A stretch of 64,000 nt of DNA from positions 139,686,001 to 139,750,000 of the forward strand of contig OZ024742.1 in NCBI GenBank assembly GCA_964016885.1, read 5' to 3'. Below are positions 50,470 to 64,000 of the stretch, one piece after another. Made by a program: the position numbers and the translations under genes. Under the pieces are notes generated by a model. The model had not been told where the DNA came from. It worked only from the letters and a program-made list of their open reading frames with translations, and did no database searches. The first letter of the stretch is position 1, and the number at the start of each line of letters is the position of its first letter. Source of the stretch: Eledone cirrhosa. Its lineage: Eukaryota.

Positions 50470-51308
50470 TATATATATATATAATATATATATATATTAA
50501 TATAATATATCATTCGCGTAAATATCTCTTAGACATTTTCAATTGACTCTGCCTGTCTGCTTTTATATTTTTATATTATTATATTATTTATCATTATAAT
50601 ATTAATATTTATGTATCATATTATTTCTATGTAATGGAATTATACGTATTATTTTATGTCTGATTTTTAAGGTACTGTTTTATTATAATACTTTGTAATA
50701 TTTTATAACATATATACTTATTATCAATACTTTATGTACTTATGTATTTATGTATATATATATATTTCAACATACTCCAGTTTTATTAAGATATTTTTTC
50801 TTGCCCTGTGTATAACTTTATATACAACTTGTTGACATTAAGTGATATGTTTGATGTAGTTCTGTATATTTTGATGTCTATATTATTATATTATTTCTTA
50901 TATAGCTTATTTTTTGTATAGTTTATTTTTTGTATAGTTTATGCGCACCAACAGGGGTTTTTTATTTTATTTTATATTATAAAGAGTATATTTATACTTA
51001 TTAAGTGTTAGTATGTTTTTGTGTAAATGTATATGTATATGGATATATATATATACATTTATTACCCATTATATTGTATTGTAATTCTCATATTATATTA
51101 CCATGTTGTATTCAATGTATTTGTATCACACTGTAATTTCTACGTTGGTTGGACATTTTACTCACTTCCTTGCCATATAATCTATTTTTGTAACTTTTAG
51201 CTTGCATGCTTTTCCTTCATATTTCTCATAAGCTTTCATAGATATGAATTCACTATTCTTCTGAGTTTTGGCTAGTTCTGGCCGTTAATGCTTCTTATCT
51301 GTTTAATT

Positions 51309-51346
51309 GCCCTGATGAGTCCTTAATGGGACGAAACATTGTAGGC
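51309..51346 (+). ncRNA. Minimal type I hammerhead ribozyme
   Basis: GCC-CTGATGA-GTCCT taat GGGAC-GAA-ACATTGT-A-GGC, with AATAAA at 51348. Confidence 0.85.
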
Positions 51347-51493
51347 TAATAAAGACTTTTGATGTATTGAAGGCTTCTTTGTCTATTTTTATAAATTTTC
51401 GGCTCTGTTGTATTACATTGAGCTATATCCTATACTGTCATTTCTATAATATGACGAGTGTGTTTTAATCCAACGCACTCTAGTATTTTAATT

Positions 51494-52022
<529 letters not shown>

Positions 52023-53119
52023 TAGTATTTACGTATCGAGAAAGAGAGAAAAAGGAGGGATAGGTGATACATATAGTTATTTGCCAAGTAGCGTATGCCA
52101 AAGGTGCTCGATACTAGTGCCGGCAGTATTAAATATTCGAAGTGTTAATATTTAGTGGGCTAGAGAGTTAGCAGAGCGTAAGCACCATCCCGCGTGCTGT
52201 GGGTTGTAATTGTGCTAACGACAGCTGCGGTCGCGTAGGTAACAACGTAGGCAGCAACAATGATAGCCTTACCGTGGGAAATAGACGGAACCGCGACAGA
52301 AATTGCAACTGCCGCGACAGAGGACGCTGCCCCCTTAGAGAATACTGCTTGACTGATAGGGTTATATATAGATGCACTATTACTAGCCACAATAGCGTTA
52401 AACATTATATAGGGGCCACCTCCGGCCCGTTCAAAATTAGGTTTCGAACACATCTCCACTCTTTCACAAATAGAAAACTAAGGCACTCCACTTCGCTCGC
52501 GGACTACATCACATCACTAAAGGACTTAAACATCAGCTTCTCCACGCACTGGGAGATTGTCGGCAGGGCTTCACCGTACAACTTCAAGAGGAAATGCGAT
52601 CTTTGCCTCATGGAGCTCTACCACATCATAACTGCACCCCCAAGAGCTCATCAACAGCAGAGCTGAAACAGCGATAAGTTGTACACATCGCTTAAAAATA
52701 TCTTTCTATAGATGGGTTAAGAATGAAGAGTGAAATAGTACACTGGATCTCCTTGCAACAAGTCTTAACACCCCGATGGGCAGGCGCAGCAAAATAACAC
52801 CCAGAAAACAATCCTTGCATACCAGACCCAGCCTCAGGCAAACGGATGCGGCAAAAAAAAAAAAAAAAAAAATTATCCGGGAAAGACTGCCCTAACACCG
52901 GCCAGAGTTACCTCCCTTGACCTGCTGCAAAATCAAAGATATTTTTGCGAGCAATGAATCTTGATGTAGATTTAACCCCCAAAACTCTTTCCGAACTATA
53001 TAAGGAACACTTGTGATTATTTATGCCCTTGAGAAGCCCAACTGGGCGAAACGTACGTAGGTGATATTTTAAATAAACATGTTTTAACGGTCTATTCTCC
53101 GATTTTTTACTTTCCCACG

Positions 53120-53120
<1 letters not shown>
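52023..53120 (+). mobile_element. 5'-truncated Penelope-like element (GIY-YIG domain, 3' UTR, HHR)
   Basis: ORF 52199-52666: CNCRDRGRCPLREYCL, VIY..YIG, FKIRFRTH, WEIV, CDLCLME. TA flanks. Confidence 0.85.
53025..53062 (+). ncRNA. Minimal type I hammerhead, U3:A8 core variant
   Basis: GCCC-TTGAGAA-GCCCA ac TGGGC-GAA-ACGTACGT-A-GGT, with AATAAA shortly after. Confidence 0.7.
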
Positions 53121-55078
<1,958 letters not shown>

Positions 55079-55494
55079 TAAGGACAAAATGAAAACACAC
55101 ACACACATAGAACAAACAACCAACCAACAATAAATAAATAAATAAATAAACAAATAGATAAATGAACACAAACACACAGACACCCGGATGTGGCGCATGC
55201 GCAAACTGAGCACACAACACACACACAGAAACAAAATGGCGTAGGACAGAAGAAAGGAAAGGCACAGAAACAAAGAAAGGAATCCCCAGTCACTAAAGAG
55301 GTCACAGAGTGTGTGACGAAAGGACTATGACTATATATAAACAACTATCTTGTTGTGGAACCAACCAACCAACCAGAAATTTATAAGTTTGTAGATTTGT
55401 AAATTTATAAATTTATAAATATATAATAAATTGAAGTGAAAGCAACTGGTGCGTGTGTTTCTTATTGGCAACATGACCCTCCCAAAGTATAACA

Positions 55495-55618
<124 letters not shown>

Positions 55619-55635
55619 ATATATTTATATATATT

Positions 55636-55668
<33 letters not shown>

Positions 55669-55677
55669 ATATTTATA

Positions 55678-55756
<79 letters not shown>

Positions 55757-55767
55757 TTATATATATA

Positions 55768-58036
55768 TCATCATCATCATCATCATCAGGTTTAGCGTCC
55801 GTGTTCCACGCTTGCATGGGTTTGGACGGGGGTTTTCCCACTTGAGGCAAGAGTGATTGTCTTGCTCGCATAGGACTGTCTGGCGGGTTTTCTACAGTTG
55901 GATGCCCTTCCTAACACCAACCACATTTACAGTGTGGGGCTGGGAGGTTTTTACCGTGTTGCCTACACGGCCACATTACAGCGTGGACTGTCTGGCTGGT
56001 TTTCTACAGCTGGATGCCCTTCCTAACACCAACCACATTTACAGTGTGGGGCTGGGAGGTTTTTACCGTGTTGCCTACACGGCCACATTTACAGCGTGGA
56101 CTGTGTGTTTTTTGTCGTGACACCTACACGATCTCATTTGTTTCGGCCTGGATGTTGTGGGACCAACATAACTTTACATTGAAAGGGGCGGTGTGGGTGG
56201 GGTGGAGGTGGTGGGACGGGGGTGTGTTTTGATAGAGGCGCCTACTGACTGTAGTAGGTTTTTACTTTGTATTTAGGTAAGGCGGGTCTTCTCTATTACT
56301 GAGTACCGCCAAAGGTCTCGGTCCAGTGACATTGTCTTGGAGAGGTGTAAGCGTGTGAGGTCGGAATTTATCAGCTCGTCCCATGTTTTTCTGGGTCTGC
56401 CTACTCCGTGGCTACCGTCTATCTTTATTGCCCTGCACTTTGTTATACAGCTGTCGTCTTTCATGCGCATCACGTGACCGTACCAACGTAGCCTTCTCTC
56501 GAGTAAACAACATCTGATCCCTCTTATTTCTAATTTTTTCCTTAGTTCGTTTATGCTTTGCCGTTCACGTATATTACTATTGCACATCCAGCGGAGCATG
56601 CAAGCTTCGTTCCTCTCTAGTCTGCGTATATCCTCTGCACACAATGCCCAGGTCTCACTGCCATGCAGCATTGCTGTTCGTATGCAGGCATCGTATAACC
56701 TGCCTTTCATTTTTAGGGAGAACCCTCTAGCGGCTAATAGTGGGATAAGCTCTCTGAACTTTTTCCATCCAGTTCTGACTCTAGCTACTGTACTTTCAGA
56801 GCACCCTCCCCCACTGCTGATTTTGTCACCCAGATAACGGAAGCTGTCCACTATTTCTATAGAACCCTCTGCGCAGTTGAAGGAGCTAGTATTTTGTGGG
56901 CACTTGCTGCTACTTATTGCACCAGAGCACCGGCCACATGTAAAATCTATGTTCTTAGTTAGCTTACTTGTGATCCCACTACATCTTTTATGCACCCATA
57001 CTTTGCATTTGGGACATAAAATGGAGTTTCTACCTACGCCTTTCCTACACACTGAGCATGGCCATTTCCCCGATGGGACCGCCGCCTTATTTTCTTTCCT
57101 ACAAACTAGAACTTTAGTCTTAGCCAGGTTAATTTTAAGGCCTTTTGATTCTAGGCCGTGCTTCCACGTTTGGAATTTCTTCTCTAGTTCGGTCATTGAT
57201 TCAGCTATGAGCGTTAGATCATCTGCGTATAGGAGTTCCCATGGGCAGCCGGTCTTGAACTCCTCTGTTATAGCCTGAAGGGCAATAATAAATAGTAGGG
57301 GGCTAAGTACAGAGCCCTGATGGACACCAACTTTTACGCTAAACTCTTCACTATATTCGTTGTTAATTCTAACCTTACTGACTGTTTCTTTATACATGGC
57401 TTGTATAGCTCTCACAAGCCATTCGTCAACACCTAGTTTTCTAAGAGACCACCAGATAATGGAACGGGGGACTCTGTCGAAGGCTTTCTCCAAGTCGACA
57501 AAAGCTAAGTATAGGGGTTTACTTTTAGCTAGGTACTTCTCCTGTAGTTGTCGTACAATGAAAAGAGCATCTGTGGTACTTTTGCCTGACACAAACCCGA
57601 ACTGCATTTCATCTAGATCAATTCTCTCTCTGATTAGTTGCGCTATTACTTTTTCCGTGACCTTCATGACCTGGTCGATTAATTTAATGCCTCTATAGTT
57701 ACTCCTATCTAGGGCATCTCCTTTTCCCTTATAGCAGTTAACGATGATGCTGCTACGCCATTCCTTCGGAACAACCCCATTCTGTACGACTTGGTTAACT
57801 ATCCGGGTGACCATGGTGTGTCCCACCGAACCAGATGCCTTCAGCATCTCAGCAACTATTTCCGAAGGCCCAGCCGCCTTACCCGTCTTCATATCTTTGA
57901 TTGCCTTACTTATTATACTACCTTCAACTAACACTGCTGGTCCCTCTATTGGATCGATCTGGGGGAGACTGTCTTTCTCCCATTTGTTCTCCTCATTTAG
58001 AAGCCTTTCGTAGTGACACTTCCAAGCTACCTTCTT
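55768..58036 (-). mobile_element. 5'-truncated RTE-clade LINE with a PHD-like finger, inserted in (TA)n
   Basis: Same family as 32654-34960. (GAT)n tail and a tandem duplication of about 113 bp in the 3' UTR. Confidence 0.92.
56273..57934 (-). CDS. RTE reverse transcriptase with a PHD-like finger (uninterrupted but N-terminally truncated)
   Basis: 553-aa ORF with RT motifs (LYADD) and CSVC..CPKC..H..C..CGRC. Confidence 0.8.
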   Translation of the reverse strand: MLVEGSIISKAIKDMKTGKAAGPSEIVAEMLKASGSVGHTMVTRIVNQVVQNGVVPKEWRSSIIVNCYKGKGDALDRSNYRGIKLIDQVMKVTEKVIAQLIRERIDLDEMQFGFVSGKSTTDALFIVRQLQEKYLAKSKPLYLAFVDLEKAFDRVPRSIIWWSLRKLGVDEWLVRAIQAMYKETVSKVRINNEYSEEFSVKVGVHQGSVLSPLLFIIALQAITEEFKTGCPWELLYADDLTLIAESMTELEKKFQTWKHGLESKGLKINLAKTKVLVCRKENKAAVPSGKWPCSVCRKGVGRNSILCPKCKVWVHKRCSGITSKLTKNIDFTCGRCSGAISSSKCPQNTSSFNCAEGSIEIVDSFRYLGDKISSGGGCSESTVARVRTGWKKFRELIPLLAARGFSLKMKGRLYDACIRTAMLHGSETWALCAEDIRRLERNEACMLRWMCNSNIRERQSINELRKKLEIRGIRCCLLERRLRWYGHVMRMKDDSCITKCRAIKIDGSHGVGRPRKTWDELINSDLTRLHLSKTMSLDRDLWRYSVIEKTRLT

Positions 58037-58049
58037 ATATATATATATT

Positions 58050-58080
<31 letters not shown>

Positions 58081-58212
58081 ATGCAAAAGTTTTATTTAAA
58101 ATTGTTGGGTTACAACGAGTAAATATTTTATAACTGTTATAAAGCACTCAACAAGTTTTGGAGTAGATATACGATATTAAACAAATGGAAACTATATTTA
58201 TAAAACCATATT

Positions 58213-58278
58213 TATTTCATTATACATATTTCAGGGATACCATATTAAAAATATGGCATGCCTTCTTCAGATAAAATA
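58213..58278 (-). ncRNA. Type I hammerhead ribozyme
   Basis: Minus strand: TATTTTAT-CTGAAGA-AGGCATGCCATATT..AATATGGTATCCCT-GAA-ATATGTAT-A-ATGAAATA. Confidence 0.8.
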
Positions 58279-58341
58279 CAATATATAAGCAGTTTTATAA
58301 ATAAATTTGACGTACCATAGAATATTGATCAACTTCCATAT

Positions 58342-58419
58342 ATTGCCTCGTCTGACGAACGAATGAAGACGTTTCTTTCGTATTCGCCTCATTCGGGAAA
58401 CCTCTGGTAATGAGGTAAT
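58342..58419 (+). ncRNA. Type I hammerhead ribozyme
   Basis: ATTGCCTCGT-CTGACGA-aCGAATGA..TCATTCGg-GAA-ACC tct GGT-A-ATGAGGTAAT, with a 10-bp stem I including two GU pairs. Confidence 0.85.
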
Positions 58420-58519
58420 TATATTGTATTGATTTTTATACATTAAATTTTGCTCTGATACTTACATAGAGCACTCTTCACTTCTATGACCTTTTCTGTT
58501 TCCAACGGAAATTTCAATA

Positions 58520-58595
<76 letters not shown>

Positions 58596-58884
58596 GTATT
58601 AAGGATACTATTTATGGTTATGTATGTAATAAAACCTTTTATGGTTATATTTTTTTATACAAACCCTAAATAGTGAAAGATAGTCATTAATTACTATCTT
58701 ATTACCAGTAAGATAAATAGCTCAATGTAATAAGATACTAATTAATGACTATCTTTCACTATTTAGGGTTTGTATAAAAAATATATAACCATAAAAGGTT
58801 TTATTACATACATAACCATAAATAGTATCCTTAATACTAATAACTGCTCCATATTGTTGAGCTGATATACAATAAATTACCAGC

Positions 58885-61346
58885 ATGCTGATCAAAGACC
58901 AACTCCCTATGTCAACCAAGAACATACCTATACCACCCAAAAATGCATATGAAAAGTTATTGATCAACAGTGTAAACTCCTTTATCAATAGAGTGAGATG
59001 GAGGACATTCCATTATGATAAAAACAAATCTAGCAAGTATAATAATACCAACAAATTTGACTCCTTCGGCTTTAAAACCTTTAGAAGCCCCCCCTCATAA
59101 CACACTACTAAACCACTTCGAAAATGACCTAATAAAACTAGTTAAGAATATTAAATACAAAAAACACCGTAATAAAAACAACACCTTCTTAAACAAACTT
59201 AGCACCTCTATTAATGATTTCAAAACTAGTAGTAAAAGTTTTGTACATGCCGACAAAACTAATAACATATACAGCCTAGATTATAATACTTATAGAAAGT
59301 TTATATATAATGAACTACATAAAAGCTACAAGAAAACCACTATGAAAAACTTAGAAGATATTAATATGGAAGGCTATAATATAGTATCCAAACTAGGGCT
59401 CCAGAGACATACACAACCTTATACCCCAACCCCCCCTAGATTCTCTCTGAAGGACCATAAGGAGGACTTCATTAGCAACCCCTCGGTTAGACTCATCTGC
59501 CCCTCCAAGTCTGACATTGGCATTATCAGTAAAAAAAATTCTAGATAAAATCATCCCACAGATTAAACACAAGATTTACCTTAAACAATGGGGAAATACG
59601 GGTGAAGTGATTGAATGGTTCAAAAATATCAAAGATAGCAAGGATAAAAAATTTATTCAATTTGATATCAATTCTTACTACACCTCTATTTCCCCTATCC
59701 TACTAAATAAGGCACTTATAATGGCCATGAACAATAGTCACCTGACTAGACCCCAGATTGATGTCATACTTACGGCCCGTAAAACACTAATCACCTTTGA
59801 AGACCAATTATGGACCCGCAAAGATACGCAAAACAACTTCGACATTACCATGGGGTCTAGTGACTCGGCGCAGGTCACTGATTTAGTCGGCCTATATTTA
59901 CTTAACCAAATCCATAGGGACCTTCCTTACCTCAGCGGTGGTTTGTATCGCGACGATGCACTTCTACTTATAGATTATAAAAAATTCAATATAGAAAGAA
60001 CTAGAAAACTATTGCACAAAACATTCAAAAACTATAACCTTAGTATTACCATGGACAAAAACACCAAAAACGTCAACTTCCTAGACGCCACACTCTACCT
60101 AGACTCAATGATATATACACCTTTCCACAAACCTAATGAAAAACTCATCTACGTTGATACCAAGTCTAACCACCCTAGATCTATATTAAACTCTATCTCT
60201 AAGGGAGTATCTAATAGAATCTCTAATCTATCCTATGACATAAACACATTTAACAATAACTCACAGTATTATAATCAGGCATTAGCTAGATCAGTACATA
60301 ATACAGGGATAGAGTTCCTACCTACAAAAACGCATAGCTACAACATTATTTCACACAACATGTCCATGGGAAAATTTAATAATAGGAATAGCAACCACAC
60401 ACACACTAATAGAGATGATAACAACAAAAGTAACCCACACCACAGAAATTACCATAGTAACATTAAAGGAAACAAATCACCGGACATAAAAAACAGAAAT
60501 AGAAGAAATAATACATTTTTCAACCCTCCTTTCAATCTAAACGTCTCTACCAACCTACCTAGGGCTTTCTTCTCACTACTGGATAAACACTTCCCATCCG
60601 GCCACAGGTACCATAGCCTTTTAAACAAAAACACTATTAAAATCTCATACTCTACTACGCCGCCTAACTTAGCATACCACATAGCTAGTAGCAATAAAAG
60701 AAAAATTAATTCTTACTTCCAACAAACTAAATCACAACAGACGATAAACCTTCAAAATAACATTATAGCAACTAACCATAATATCAATAGAAATAATAGT
60801 ATTAGTACTAGTGTAAACATTAACGCTGCGAACGACAACCCACATAACCATAACACTATAGCTAACATCCAAACTTCTACACAGCATAGTAACCGGCAGA
60901 CTAACACCCAGAATAATTGTAACTGTAGATCAAATAGAACCTGCCCTTTAGATAAAAAATGCTTAACCAAGGATATCATATACTCATGTACAGTCACAAC
61001 TAACAACTCTTCTGAAACCTATATAGGCTCTACTTCTAACTGCTTCAAAACTAGATACAATTCGCACCTCCACTCTTTCAAAAAACACAGTCTGGCCAAC
61101 TCCACTTCACTATCTAGCTACATACACTATCTAAAAACTAAAAATAAAATATACACACTTAAATGGGAAGTGGTAGGTAGTGCATCATCGTACAAACCAC
61201 CTAATAAATTTTGTAACCTCTGTCTACTAGAGACCCATACTATCATCTTCTCTAACCATAATCTCCTTAATAAAAAATCAGAAGTGTTCGCATCTTGCCA
61301 ACACCGCTTCCGACACTCTTTCCAAAACTTTAAACCCTATATATAA
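58885..61346 (+). pseudogene. PLE polyprotein (RT + CxC-x5-C-x5-C linker + GIY-YIG), split by two +1 homopolymer frameshifts
   Basis: KNIPIP..FINRVRW, ADKTNNIY, KDHK, VRLICPSKS, FIQFDINSYY, GLYRDD, SNHP, FFNPPF, CNCRSNRTCPLDKKCL, IIY..YIG, CNLCLLE, CQH. Confidence 0.9.
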
Positions 61347-61769
61347 CAATGTCAGACTGGAACCGTCACCACCCCTATTAGCATCAGTAGCACACCTCAC
61401 ACCTCATCTCCACACCCATTTATATACTCTAAAGGTAATACTGGCAGCATTATAGCACCATCTACCCTGGGGATACCCCCATGTACTTCTAATTCTGATA
61501 TCTCGGCCGTGGATTACTTAAACTGCATTGCACAAATATATGATTAATATAAACTGTAGACGCGGTATTGGTTGTGCTAACATAATCCTGTGCATGGAGT
61601 GCCACCATGAGATAGATTGATGATTAAGTAAGTAATCTGATTATTATGTGACTATATATTCTATACGATCAGTACAATGAATTATGCACAGGTGATACAT
61701 CAGTTAGGAGTCTCTGTGTTGCTTGATGACCTGACTAGTATCTTTTGATGAGAGAACGGGTCCCCGGAC

Positions 61770-62640
61770 CACCCTGGTGAACTTACCGGGAATGCAGTCA
61801 TACAATGACCCGAAACTTGCCGGGAGTCTTGTATGATAATAAGACCATTATTAGTAATAAGACCCTTATTAGTAGTGAGACCCTTATAATTAATTTTGTA
61901 GTCTGACTCTTCTTATGGATTGTCCAGGTGTGGCACTCCAGATTAGATTGTAATCATCAGGATATGAACCCCCTTAGTACTTATTAATAGACTCCACTCT
62001 AATTTGTAGATAAGATACCTAATTTAATTTATATATGAGATGGGAGTTTATGTATTGCTTGGTGGCCAGACTGGTGACTTTATATGGGAGATTTGATCTC
62101 CAGATTATAATCTTCATGATATGAACTCCTTTAGTACTTATTAATAGACTACACTCTAATTTGTAGATAAGATACCTAATTTAATTTATATATGAGATAG
62201 GAGTTTATCTATTGCTTGATGGCCAGACTGGTGTCTTTATATGAGAGATTTGATCTCCAGACCACCCTGGTGATATTCAGATTTACCAAGGATTCAGACA
62301 TACAATGACCCAGAGCTTACCGGGAGTCACATATAAAATAATAGGACCATGCCAGGTCCTGTGGGAGGAATTACACTTACAAAGAACATTGATTTGGTAC
62401 CAAGGATTCAGACATACAATGACCCAGAGCTTACCGGGAGTCACATATAAAATAATAGGACCATGCCAGGTCCTGTGGGAGGAATTACACTTACAAAGAA
62501 CATTGATTTGGGGGTCTGACTCTTCTTATAGAATGTTCAGATATGACACCCCTTAATAGAAGGTAATCATCTTGATATATACACCTTTAGTACTTCTTAA
62601 TAGACAACACTGTAACCTATAGATAAGTAACATAATCTAG
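61770..62640 (+). repeat. Nested direct repeats in the PLE 3' region
   Basis: A unit of about 114 bp occurs twice (about 62285-62510) and a unit of about 150 bp occurs twice (about 61945-62260). 61770-62010 is similar to 62260-62630. Confidence 0.75.
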
Positions 62641-63550
62641 AAATTAGTTATAACATCATATGATAGGCACTTATTTGAAACACCATTAGTGTAATTTAGG
62701 ATAATAAATTTAACTAAGTAAACCAGCTAGTTACCTCCCCTTTCGCATTAACTCCCCTTGGTCATACACACACTTCGGGAATATAATATCATCACACAAA
62801 ACTAAACAACATGATCTATTAAGTAAGAATCGACAAGATACGGTTTATAACTTGGTTATATGCCGAACCATCGTGAATTATATGATAGACCCGTGGTCTA
62901 TATATTGCGTCTCGTGGATTATCTGAGTGGTGGTGTGCGCGAAGACAGTGGTACTGTTTTGCGTACGATATTATATGTTTTATAATATGTTTGATATTTT
63001 TGATATTTTGGTGTTTCTCCACATTCGGGACTGTATATCATACAGGTGTATGCGGAAAAATGATATAATAATTCAGCCCACATAATAATATCGATTGCCT
63101 GCTTCAACTGCCTGACCCTGCAAGTAACATTCTGACGCACTCTAATCCTGTATAAATAAGAAAGCGTGCATGCTACACGTGAGATTGTTTCATACACTGA
63201 CTACTCTAAACTTTCCTCTTGCTTTATCTTCATAGACTGCCAATGCTTCATTTTTATTTTTATTTTTATTTTTATTTTTATTTTTATTTTTATTTTTATT
63301 TTTATTTTTATTTTTATTTTTATCTTTATCCTTTAACCTTTATATGTAAATTGCCATGCTATATCATTTTGATGGATGTCATCCCACTGTGGATCAATAT
63401 GTGCATATGTTTTTATATGTCTCTTGTGTTGAAAAGGAGGTCAAGTATGTTATAGATCACTAAATAGTTGCTCCGAATAATCCAAACCTCGGTTTGGAGG
63501 AAACAATTGTAAGCAAACAAATGATTTAAACTGAACTTTGATTATTGAAA

Positions 63551-64000
<450 letters not shown>

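Larger units (their letters stand above)
58594..63552 (+). mobile_element. Apparently full-length Penelope-like element between (TA)n tracts
   Basis: 5' fold-back at 58594-58839, RT-GIY-YIG ORF, long 3' region with tandem repeats, and an HHR-like motif at 63468-63516. Confidence 0.8.

Noticed and set aside
56553-58013. Antisense ORFs over RTE and Tx1 coding regions
   Set aside because: Shadow frames of the RT ORFs with no independent motifs.

Overview
AT-rich, repeat-saturated animal genomic DNA, probably cephalopod/octopus-like (inferred from the SINE and LINE repertoire and the very long (TA)n tracts). No host protein-coding gene is recognisable. The window holds a near full-length Tx1/L1-clade LINE (8421-14095), several RTE LINEs, R4-like and CRE-like fragments, three Penelope-like elements (PLEs; RT with YRDD, CxC-x5-C-x5-C linker, C-terminal GIY-YIG), non-autonomous Helitrons, a non-coding LTR element (29738-31912) and about a dozen tRNA-derived SINE copies. 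The main signal is that most short non-coding islands between (TA)n tracts carry a type I hammerhead ribozyme (HHR) motif. I folded about 20 such motifs by hand, from about 10 sequence families. They occur as a 525-bp tandem array with one HHR per unit (retrozyme-like), a 395-bp unit present twice with the same ends, head-to-head fold-backs with U3:A8 variant cores, and a divergent pair of two unrelated HHRs. No searches or folding programs were run, and boundaries of degraded elements are approximate.
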